Source: Podarcis liolepis (taxonomy: Eukaryota). From it: 64,000 nt of DNA. The notes below the pieces were generated by a model. The model searched no databases. It was given only the letters and a program-made list of their open reading frames with translations, and was not told where the DNA came from. The stretch is from NCBI GenBank assembly GCA_965112155.1, contig OZ218103.1; one strand, 5' to 3'. A program made the translations under genes and the position numbers. Positions 11,601-22,677 of the stretch are shown one piece after another. Positions within the stretch are counted from its first letter, which is position 1. Every line of letters starts with the position of its first letter.

Positions 11601-14600
11601 GGTCATGTGCAGGGGATGGAACAAAGAGCAGGAACTTCTTCCCCTTCAGTGTATGAACACTCCTTTATATGGCTAGTGAGTGAGGGGGCTAGTTCCTTTG
11701 CAACATTAGCAGCTGTGACGCCAATCCCAATCTTCTTCTCATACCTATTTGCATGCTTAGGAATCAACACAATAAGGAAAGAGGTTATTTTGAGAGGTTC
11801 ATATAATTGCAAATGCATTTGATGTAGAGGAAAACATCTTTGGGGACACCTTGGCTGATTGCAACTTTAAATAATTCCATGGATCAGTTCATTTTCTGGT
11901 CACTTTCTAGATTGTTTGTATCACACTCCAAAAGCTATTAGTGGCAGCTGTGCAACTTTATTCTACATTGTGCTAATCATAGTGACAATTGTGGTGCTAC
12001 AGGGAGAGGAAGAGATAGATCACCTAATCCTAGTACTAAATTAATGCAAATGCACAGCCTAAAAACATGGATTCTGCACATCAGGCAAGCAACTGCAGAA
12101 TCATTGTATTAAAACAAATCGAGCGGAAGAACCCTAGAGGAAGAAGGAACTGCTGGAGTCTAGAATATGTTAGTTTATCAATAAAAGCTGAACTGTCTAG
12201 AAGATTCTGAACTGATGCCAACAGGTAATACGCTCAATCTTCTTTGTACTTTCTGAATAATTAATTTGCACTTACAATGGCTTCAGTGAAGCTCTCAAAA
12301 GTATTTTACAGACACTAATTAACAGCTCTTGAGGCCTGCCTGGAAACCACTTTATTTAATCTATTGTGTTCATTGAAGTAGGGTTTAAGTAAACTATTAA
12401 AAAAAGGAAGTTCAGGACATTGTGGAATTTCAAAGACTTAAGGAGGCAGGGATAGAATTTGAACATTCAAAAGTGGAATCTAGCTCTCACCATAGCAATT
12501 TACGGAAATGTGGCCACAATCCTGGTGCCGAACTCCACTCACTTTTGTGCAAAAAAATAGCACTAAGGACAAAAGCAGGCAGGGCACAGGGTGGCCAACT
12601 AAATGGGCTTTTCGTGACCTCAGACACATGCATTTGGGGCACTGGAAACAGGATTCACTTTTGGTATGGGCATCAGTATGTGGGAAAGGGAAATATTAGC
12701 TCAAGGATAGACCAACGAGCACCTTCCAGATGTTGCTGTATTCCAACTCCAACCAGAAACAGCCAACATGACCAATGGTCAAGGTTGATGGGATCTATGT
12801 TCTCACAACTTCTAGAGGACACTGCAGTGGCAACCACTGCATTAGTTAATCTACTATAATCAGGGACTTGGGCATAAGTAAATGTTCCATATATCATTTC
12901 CCACTACCCCTTCAGCCATTTTGAAACTTTGATTGGCCCCATTCCTGGTATCCTGATTGGCCGGAAGGATTATCTAAACTTCTGTTGCCTATGTGCAAAT
13001 GCACTTAATTTGTGTCTTAGTAATTTCTAACACTCCATAAAAGAAATGGTGAGCTACATTAAAATGAATTTGAATGGGTTATTTTTCTTGCTTTTCAGAC
13101 ATTTTCTGCAAGTGGCAAATGCTGGGTTTGAGTAACAAGCTCTCATCAGTGTTTTTATATATAATGGCAGCTTTGTTGATCCCCATCACAGCCCCATAGA
13201 GTATACTGGATTCCTACAATTTCAGAAAATAACAGATGTTCCTTATTTCAAAGCAGTTCCATAGAATGTAATTTCGGAAGACACAGCTCCAGATATCCTT
13301 TTTTTTGGGGAAATGTTGATAGTACCACCATAGATCTCCACAACATGTTATTTCTCAGTTTCTCTGCCTCATTTAATAAAGCTCAAGGGAAGGGAAAGAG
13401 CACATTAAAGGTCTCACTCTATCAAAAATAGACAGACCGACCAATCAATCAATCAATCAATCAGGGAGGAAATTTATAACAAAAAACATGCTTAAATGAA
13501 CATGAATGGGAAGAAAGTGGAGGAGAAAATAAATACAACAATTCCCCTTCACTTGTTTTGTCTTCTATCTCATGAGAATTTTATAATTTATAATTTAAAT
13601 TATGTAAACCAGGACTTAGCACTTTTTGAAATGTTTGTTAGCATGGATGGTGGTTACCATGCTGGTCAGTAAAAAGCCAAATATTAGGAAAAGGGCCAAA
13701 ATATACATGAGCTTCCATATGTAGGTACTTGCACAGCTTTCTTTTTGTATCTCCATGGGGAGAGAGAAATGGCCAGAGAACTGGCAGCCATGACACTCAC
13801 TCAAAAATCCATACATGCCCTCAAGCCTGAAAAGGTTGGTGACCCCTGTGTTCATTACATAAATAATAATAGTCTAATCCCATACATATTTAGTCAGAAG
13901 CAAGTCCCACTGAGTTCAGGCTTATCTATGGGAAAGTGACCCTTAAGTCTATAAAACTAAGTTAAAATTCTTTATGCAAAAGTGGTTTCTAAGGTTTTTG
14001 AATTTGAACTTTTACTTCATTTCCCCTCCTCTGAGGCTTTGAGGTGTGGGATATACAAGAAACTTAAACACAACATTTTTTTGGAAAGCATTACCATTGT
14101 CCTCTTTAACAGTAAAAAGAAAAAAAGTTACTTTTGTGAAAACAGATGAAAAATGTAAAAGGGAAGAAATGTGTATGTGTGTGTGTAGTGAAATATAAAC
14201 AATGACTCTAATGTGATGCAAAAATTATAAAAGCAGGCAGTGTCCATAAGGTTCAGGCACAGGCAATGAACACAGCACAGCTCATCAACAAGATAGCAAT
14301 GAGCAACCTTATAAAATGCCAATATAAAACAGTATTGCACCTTTGCATTTATCCTCTTGTTCCAATTATGCACCGTACTGGAGATGTACATGCATGGTCC
14401 TGTTACTTCTTGTTTGTAAAATTTCTATTTCATTGAAAGCTATAATGCACACCAGGCTGAGCATTTCCAGGGAAATGTTGTAATTCACTGATGGTTAATC
14501 ACTTGGCCTTTGGCCTCCTGCCTTATAATTCCATTTGACATGTCCTATAATTACTACTTGGAGAGTTTTATTACTTAATTATCCTATCAGCTACTGCAAT

Positions 14601-15556
14601 TTAACATGCCATCAATCTCTTCCAACAACCTCCTCCAACCCACAAACAAATCCTTACTCTCAATTAAGCTCGTCCAAAAGTTTATGCAACACAACGAATC
14701 ACAAAACTTTGCTTTGATCAGTAAGTTTTCTTTTAAAAGTAATTTTCTCTAAGCTCTTTCTCACTGCTTTCTTCTGAGGCTGTTCTATTTTCCAGTGCGT
14801 GTAATTTCCAGACTTTTCCAAAACATTGAGTTATATTTACCAATGCTGACATGAAACAGCTGCATCTCCTCATCCTTTTAAATGTGCCTCCTAAAAAAAC
14901 AAATTAGGAGCCCATAAGACAAGCTGTTGGCTTGTTTGAACACCTGCTTCATACTTCGTGGATTGCTTACAGAGTTACCTAGCTGCACCATCCAATAGAC
15001 CAGTGGCTAGTTCTTTTTAATCTATAAACCTCTGCATACATGACAAGGAGAGGTGATAAGGCAATGGGCACAATCCAGCAAAGGATGGTAATCCCACTAA
15101 AACTAGTGCTGGTTGGACCATTGGCCTGATCCATTAGCTCTTTCTATGTTAATGAGACAAGGTAGTCATGACTAGGTCCCATTCTGTTGCTTTCATCAAT
15201 GGAAGAACTAGGCTTTGGCTGAATCAGTTTGAGACAGTCCTGGATTTTCCCGAGATGGGTTGCACCGCCTAGAATGTGGAACTGTCAGGAGGCAGTGAGT
15301 GGGGAGAAGGAGGAGAAGCAGGCACTGCTAAGAGCAGCATGGGGCTCTTTGCCAGAGGGCTTTTAAACAGCTCTGCACTTCTCTTTGGCTGCTCACACCT
15401 GTTCCCAGCAGTCAAACTTTGCTCACCCACAAGAAATGTACTAGGAAAGCAGACCACAGCAGGATTTCACCCTCTGCTCACCAGTTGGTTGAACATAAGG
15501 TTCTATCTTGATCTCTGCAGTGTGTTTGGTGGTGGTGGTAGGGAGGAAACACAGTA

Positions 15557-15798
15557 CAGTGGTACCTCAGGTTACAGACGCTTCAGGTTACAGACGCTTC
15601 AGGTTGCAGACTCCACTAACCCAGAAATAGCACCTTGGGTTAAGAACTTTGCTTCAGGATGAGAACAGAAATCGTGCAGCAGCGGCATGGCGGCAGCGGG
15701 AGGCCCCATTAGCTAAAGTGGCTCTTCAGGTTAAGAACAGTTTCAGGTTAAGAATGGACCTCCAGAATGAATCAAGTTCTTAACCCGAGGTACCACTG
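15557..15798. mobile_element. Tc1/mariner-type MITE
   Basis: TIR CAGTGGTACCTC(A/G)GGTTA; TA TSD. Confidence 0.93.
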
Positions 15799-16521
15799 TA
15801 GAGTATTGCCTTCCCACACCTCCTGGATTCTAACTGTTGATGGGCAACTTAAAGGCATCTGCTCTCCCTTTGCTACAGTTCTTTAACTTTAAGTTGGACA
15901 GCCCATCAAGTAGACACCTTGAGACAGCACTGTTCCCTGCCAGCCTTTCAAGGGGATTGTCCTCTATAAAGTAGGACACCTGGCCACCTGTATTATGTTA
16001 TTTCCTCTAGATTTCGTCCACATTTCAATCTCAGTTTGGAGACTTCTAAAGCAAAAAGCCCACACAAAGAAGCAGAGGTCCAGAACATCTTTAATTTACA
16101 AAGCTTTTCGGGCTGTGGAAAACATCCCTTAATTTTCCTTGATACACCCAGTTATTAACTGGTGATGGGGGAATAAGAAGAGGCCTGCATGCATTATTTC
16201 TGTTCTTTGTATTACCTGTATTGAACACCTGCTGGTCTAGAGGGATTGTGTTCTATTCTTACAGAGGTGAAGTCCACTCAAAATAATAGACCCTGTTTTA
16301 AAGATTTATAAAACAGAAAGCTTCTATCTAGCTACTCCCCTGGAATATTTTCAGCTCAGTCTCTAACAAACACATGACTGATGGAAGATTTAAATGTATC
16401 AGAACAAAGGTGGGCCTGAAATTCTGTACACAGTTAACCTCACTGAATAAAGTAGGACAGGGTTTACTTCTGAGTAAGCATTCCTGGAACTGAGTTGCAC
16501 TTGGCTTTTATAAACAATATA

Positions 16522-16758
16522 CAGTGGTACCTCGGGTTACATACGCTTCAGGTTACATACGCTTCAGGTTACAGACTCCGCTAACCCAGAAATAGTGCTT
16601 CAGGTTAAGAACTTTGCTTCAGGATGAGAACAGAAATCGTGCAGCAGCAGCAGCAGCAGCAGGCCCCATTAGCTAAAGTGGTGCTTCAGGTTAAGAACAG
16701 TTTCAGGTTAAGTACGGACCTCTGGAACAAATTAAGTACTTAACCTGAGGTACCACTG
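16522..16758. mobile_element. Tc1/mariner-type MITE, same family as 15557
   Basis: TIRs, TA TSD, colinear with the 15557 copy. Confidence 0.93.
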
Positions 16759-17090
16759 TAGTATATATCAGATATATGTAAAATGCTTCTCATAGGCATC
16801 TGGTTGGCCATTGTGGGAACATGATGTTGGAGCAGATAGTCCTTTGGTCAAATTCACCAGGGCTCTTCTTGCCATTTTATAAAATATTTATGGAATTTAC
16901 TGCCCCAAGATATGATGATCACTAACTTAGGGTTGTATCTAATGCTAGTCCTATACAACCCTTAGATCAGGTGCTTGCTAGGGCTGATGGGAGCTGTAGT
17001 TCAGCAATATCTGGAAGGCCAAAGGTTGCTCACATCTGCCTTATATGCTTAGAAAGGGGATCAGTCAAATTAATTGAGGATCATTCATTG

Positions 17091-17285
17091 AGAAAGGGCT
17101 CTAGCTGAGTGGTAGAGTTTCTGTTTTGCATGCTGAAAGTCCCAAGTTCAATCATTGGGGCATCTCCAGGTAGGGCAGGGAAGGTTTCCCGTGTGAATCC
17201 CTGGACAGTCACTGCCAGTCAGTGCTGACATACTGAGCTAGATGGTCTGGTCTGGCTCAGTATGAGGCAGGTTTCTATGTCCCTA
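17091..17285 (+). mobile_element. tRNA-derived SINE with CR1-like 3' tail
   Basis: A/B boxes (TAGCTGAGTGG, GTTCAATC) and tail GGCAGGTTTCTATGT; related fragments at about 21818-21910, 42225-42330 (minus) and 58570-58690 (minus). Confidence 0.75.
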
Positions 17286-17943
17286 ACAACAAAGCTCAAG
17301 TCCTTTGATGTCTGTTAGTCATGATGGCTACATGCCAAGGATAGGGAACCTCAAGCCCCCAGGTCTAATCAGGCTCGCCAGGCCATTTCAGTCAAGCCAC
17401 ACTCATCTACACCTGACATCATAAATGATGTTAGTTATGCAACAGGTCAGCCCACAGCTTGGGTCTGAAAGGGTTTTTGCAGGTACCACTGGTCAGCTGA
17501 TTATCAGATCTTCAGAAGGCCTGTTCAAAATGCTACACAAAATAGCACTTTTAACGGTGCTTCTGAAGACCCCTGCTAGTAATAATAATAATAAAGGTCA
17601 CATGTGATCATTGTGACTTAGGCAATTGACAGATGGGTGGTTCCATCCACCTCTCAGTTTGGGTCCACAAAGGGTAGTGAACTTAACAATCTGGTCTACC
17701 AGGCTAGAAATATCCCCCAGCCCTGTTGTAAGTTACCTCCAGATGCAGAGAAAGTATGCCGCTAAATAAATGCCAGTTGCCACAGGCACAATAGCAGGAG
17801 AGGGCTGTTGCCTTCATGTTCTTCTTCTGCATTTGCTGGAGGCATGTGGTTAGACACTGTGGGAAGAAGGATGCTGGACTAGTTAGAACTTTGGTCTGAT
17901 CTTCACATGTTTCTATTCATGAAGTGCCTCAGAAAAAGCACTG

Positions 17944-18383
17944 TGTCATAACTGATTTTTTTTAGAGGAACAAACTCTGCCCTTAGGCTATTGGTTTCAA
18001 AAGACAAAGCCACCAGGGTATGGAAAAGGAGACAATAAGGAGGCAAAAGGAGGAGAGGCTCAAGAAGAAGAAACTGCTTCTGAATAAAGGGCTACTCAGC
18101 AGTAGAGCCCTCCTAAAAGGAGGACTCCGCAGAGTTGCCTAAGATGCTACAGCTGGGCCCAGGGTGGGGTACTGGCAGCTCCAGCTTAAAAGCCTCAATG
18201 AGAGGCTGGAAGAACAATGTCTTACTACCGGTGCTGCGTTTTTATCTGGATTTTGGGCTGCCCCTTGATTTGCCTGTTACCCGGGTCCTTGTTCCAACCA
18301 CGGCGTGTTGGGAATTGTCGCTCATGTCGGTGCCCATGATAGCCTTGGAAGGTCCCCTGGAACCTGGAACCCAAGCTAGGACA
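17944..18383 (+). mobile_element. Probable degraded solo LTR
   Basis: TGTCA...GGACA ends, TTAAAAG TATA-like box, purine-rich U3; TSD not resolved. Confidence 0.4.
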
Positions 18384-19413
18384 ACCACACACCAGCTGTT
18401 GAGTAGGGAGTAAAATCCTACTTTGAAATGATCTTCCCTGTATCTGTGGGTCAACTTTAACTGTGTGATCCCACCCACCTGTTCCAGTTGGCCTCTGGAG
18501 TGAAGATAAATACCTTACCTGCAATGGAAGCCAACAGAGGCAATGTAAATGTTGGTAAAATGCAATTCCAGAAAGAAAAATAAACAGCCTCCGGAGTGAA
18601 GAATAGAAGAGGCAGGGTAAATGGAGGGCTGACCGAAGTCATTGTGTTGGCTGAGATAAAGGACAAGAAGATGATGCTTGGGCATTAAATTTACAGAAGC
18701 TGACTGGACTCATAGCTGAATCTTATTTCTATCCTGCCAGTATTTTTCACCACCTGAGGACAGCAGGCCACCTTATTGGGTACATAACATGTGTAGTGAA
18801 CAGAACTCTGCTCTCCAAGAGAAGGGAGTGGCCAGGGGACTCAGCAGGAATGGCCGGGGGTCTTCTACTGCTGTCCCCTGGTATCTTCTGTCTCAGGCGA
18901 TTGCCTCAGTCTGGCCTGAGCAAAGGTGAGAAAGAGGTCAATGAAAATTAATTGATTTTGTTTAAGACATTTGTATAAATCTGCCTTTCAACTTACCTCA
19001 TGTTCTCGGATGGCTCACAACACCGTGTGCAAGGAAGAAGAGGTGGGTGACCAATTGCTGTTGTACAATTGGCTTCATGCATGACAGATAGCACGATACA
19101 GAATGGGGAAGAAGGGCCCTTGGAGAACATCTGAATCAGTCTTAAGTATGTCGTACTGTAAATTACAAGTGGTGCTTTAAATTACTAATGGTTCCATTCT
19201 CCAAGAGCTCCTTAATGTAGCTTGTGTCTAGGGATCAATACAAAGCAGTACAGTTGGTGCAATGGTCTTGCATGATAGTAGTTTGAATTGAACAATGTGT
19301 ATCATGTTAATATTTCAGTCCTGTGTGAACACAAAACGAAAACAATTTCCTAGGTTTCAGTGCAGAGTTTAAATAAAACTACATAAAATCACCCTTCTGG
19401 ATTATGCCAATGG

Positions 19414-20147
19414 TAAGGTTACCAGATTTTTTCAGTGAATCTGGGGACTTTAAATAAATAGATATAAATAAATACTACACGGTCGGGATGTTGATGCTGC
19501 AGCAATGGTGATGTCAGAGGGGTGGCCACTGCCTTGACCTCAACCGCCATGTTTCCCCTTCCCCCGAGGCTTCTATCTCCTTTCTCCATGAGCCTGGGTA
19601 GCCCCTGAGTTGTTGGTTTTTCGGTGATGGTGGGGAAGCGGTGCATGGTGGGTCAGGCACGGAAGGCAGAAAAGGATGGTCAAGAGCAGTGGCGGCAGCG
19701 AGGCTCGGGCAGCGCGATGCCTCTCTTCCCATTGGAGCAGCCCTAATCCCATTTCTACTTGCATGCAAGCAGGAGGGGGCGGGGATCCCTCAGCTGGGAA
19801 GGGAGGCTTCCCATTGCGAGATCCCCACCCCGCTCCTCCTCGCACGGAAGTAGGAGTTGGGAGGCTGCTTCAATAGACAGCATGAATCCTCCCCCAGCTT
19901 AGTTGCTGGGGTCAGGGAAAGTGGAGGCAGCCCGGAAGCTGCATCTTAGAGCCCCTGCACCACCATCATATGGGGACTTCCGAGCAGCTCCTGAAGCCAG
20001 CCAGAGCCAACTGCTGAGACTGCCACTGCTGTGTTTCCTGGGGACATTAGATGAAACCCGGGGACATTCCAGGGATGGAATTTGTCTGGGGACTTATTCG
20101 CAAATCCGGGGACTGTTCCCAGGAAATGGGGATGTCTGGTAACCCTA
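19414..20147. mobile_element. hAT-type non-autonomous element, GC-rich
   Basis: TIR TA(A/G)GGTTACCAGA; perfect 8-bp TSD GCCAATGG; CCGGGGAC subterminal repeats. Confidence 0.92.
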
Positions 20148-20149
20148 GC

Positions 20150-20640
20150 CAATGGCTCATCCAGGCCAGCATCCTGTTCTCACAGTGGCCAATTAGATCC
20201 TTGTGGGAAAACAGGATTCGAACACCAGAGTACTCTCCCATCTTGTGGTTTCCAGCAACTGGTATTCAGAAGCATTACTGCCTCCAACTTTGGAGGTAGA
20301 GCAGAGTTATCATGGCTGGTAGCCATTGATAGTCCTCTCCTCCATGAATTCCATTTTAAAGTCATCTAGGTTGGTAGCTATCAGTGCTGCTTATGGGAAC
20401 AAGCTCCATAGTTCAACTACGCACTCTGAAGAAATACTTTCTACTATCTTTCCCAAATCTTCCAACATTCAGCTTCATTGAATGCCCATGAGTTATGAGA
20501 GAGAGAGAACTTTTCTTTATCCCCTTTCGCAATGTCATGCATATTTTTATAGACTTCTAACATATCACCGCTTGTTCACCTTTTCTCTAAACAAAAGCAT
20601 CTCAAATGCTGCAATCTTTAAGCATAGGTGAGTTGCCCCA
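20150..20640 (-). mobile_element. CR1 LINE 3' fragment
   Basis: Reverse complement homologous to the CR1 copies at about 4160 and 21090. Confidence 0.75.
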
Positions 20641-21089
20641 TCCACATGATCAGTTACAATAGATTAACCATGGGGGGGGGGGGTTGGTTTAAAAATCCTG
20701 GCTTACATTATCCATGTCTTACTTTTGCATGAGAGCTCAGCCCTCACACTTAGCTTCATTTCTCCACCAGTTCTACCCAAAAGCTGCAGGGATGAGAGTA
20801 AAGAGGAGCTGAAAATCAAAACCACTCTGTCTTTTGCTGGTGCTTTTCATGAAGAAGACCCAGATTCCAACTCTGCCTGGCAACAGGCACTGTTCCTCAC
20901 CCCCTCTATAGCAAGCATTTTCTTGCTTCCTCTCACTGCTGTACTGCAAGGTAAGGGCAATTTAAAGGGACCAGAAACCACAGATCACTCTTGATGTGCA
21001 GAAAAACAAGTGCCCACAATTTGCAGATATCTGAAAGCTCACTCTTCTTTTTATTTACTGAGACAGTTAAAACAGTTTTATACTGCTTT

Positions 21090-21680
21090 TCATTAAATTT
21101 GATTCTAGGGCAGTTTACAGAATTAAGTTTGGAAGATTCAGGAAAGTACTTCTTCACACAGTGCGTGGTTTAACTATGGAATTCACTCTCACAAAAGGTG
21201 GTGATAGCCAGGAACTGGGATGACTTTAAAAGAGGATTAGACAAATTCATGGAGGATAAAGCTATCAGTGGTGATGAGCTACAATGGCTGTACTCTGCCT
21301 CAATGACTGGAGGCAGCAATGCTTCTGAATACCCAGTGGTGGTCGCCCTGGGCACATAATTGTTAGGGGGTGCAAAATTTCAACACCCGGTGCTGCCTCA
21401 ATAAAGCTGTGTGCTTCCATTGCTGGGCTTCACTGAAAATGGCTTCTCCATGAGAACCAGGAAATGACCTCTCCAGACAACAAAACAACTCTTTTTCGAT
21501 ATCTCTGCAGCTGCAATCTCTTGGGTGATGCAGACACCCCGGGCACTGGCAACACACGCTATGCCACTGTGAATACCAGCTGATGGTAACTGGGCCCCTG
21601 GTTGGTTACTGTGAGGAACAGGGTGCTAGAGTTAGAGGGGCCACTAGCTTGATCCAGCTGGGTTCTTCTGATGTTCTTAT
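21090..21680 (+). mobile_element. CR1 LINE 3' fragment interrupted by a hAT MITE
   Basis: KYFFTQCVV*LWNSL and FKRGLDKFMEDKAI motifs, then CR1 3' UTR. Confidence 0.8.
21334..21569. mobile_element. hAT-type MITE nested in CR1
   Basis: CAGTGG...CCACTG ends; perfect 8-bp TSD TGAATACC. Confidence 0.85.
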
Positions 21681-21910
21681 TTGGTCCCTGGGCTTCAGGT
21701 TTCACATTCCTTGCCTATTGGCTCTAGCAGCTCTAAGAAGTTTATTTCAAAAGAGCAAATATGATCATGCTCAGCTGAAACAATTCTGAACGGTTCCCAG
21801 ATGATGGTTCTTCTTATGGGAAAGGGCCACAGGTCAATGGCAGAGCACATTCTCTGCATACCAAAGGTTCCAGCTTCAATCCTTGGTATCTCCAGGTAGA
21901 GTTGGGAAAG

Positions 21911-22677
21911 TCATAGAATCATAGAGTTGGAAGTGACCCTGAGGATCCTCTAGTGTAGCGGTGGCGAACCTATGGCACGCGTGCCACACTTGGCAATCAT
22001 AGCCCTCAATGCTGGCACACGTACCATCGGCACATCCACAGTGTTCCCCCCATTTGTTCTGCCACTCCCCCCCCCCATGCTACAACTTGTGTCCGCTGTT
22101 GAAACCCAGTACCCCCCTTTTTTTGCCGGTAGCCGGAGATTGTGTTCGGTGATTGGTCTGTTTTTCAATTTGCTGCGTCATTGGCTGTTTCTGATTGGGC
22201 AGCAGCATTCGTTTTTTAATTCTCATTGTGCTGATTTTTTTGGCATTTTGGCGTATGATGATGTCGGTCCTGTGTGTGTGTTCCAGTGAAGGTATTATTG
22301 GTCATTTATTTATTTCCCTGCAAAAAAGCTCAGCAGCTTTGGGGCATCCCCCTCCCCCCAAAAAGCAAAGCAACTTTTGCAACCCCCCCAAAAAAAGCTC
22401 CAAAATTTTGGTCAGCAGCTCCCCCCAAAAAGCTCAACAACTTTGGGAAGCCTGCCCCCCCAAAAAGCTCAATGAAAGCTCAGCAACTCTGGGCACTTTG
22501 CGATAAAAAGGTGGGTTTTGGTTTGCAGTTTGGGCACTCAGTCTCTAAAAGGTTCTCCCCCACTGCTCTAGTGCGACCCCTTGCAGTGCAGGAATATGCA
22601 GCTGCCCCATACAAGGATCAAGCCTGCAACCATGGTGTTATGAGAACTATGCTCTAACTGACTGAGCTATCCAGGCT
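21911..22677 (-). mobile_element. tRNA-derived SINE with CR1-type (ATTCTATG)n tail, split by a hAT insertion
   Basis: TCATAGAATCATAGAG tail at 21911; tRNA head at about 22610-22677; related copies at about 40717-40840 and 52465-52580. Confidence 0.75.
21956..22565. mobile_element. hAT-type element with internal minisatellite
   Basis: TIR (T/C)AG(C/T)GG..GAACCT; perfect 8-bp TSD CTCTAGTG; repeats of CCCCCCAAAAAGCTCAACAACTTTGG at about 22320-22495. Confidence 0.9.

Noticed and set aside
13100-13155. Minus-strand CUGAUGA-GAG...CUC-AAAC hammerhead-like core
   Set aside because: G12 is missing and stems I and III do not form.
19419-20142. GC-rich region with overlapping ORFs, possible CpG-island promoter
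   Set aside because: Entirely inside a hAT element bounded by TIRs and a perfect 8-bp TSD.
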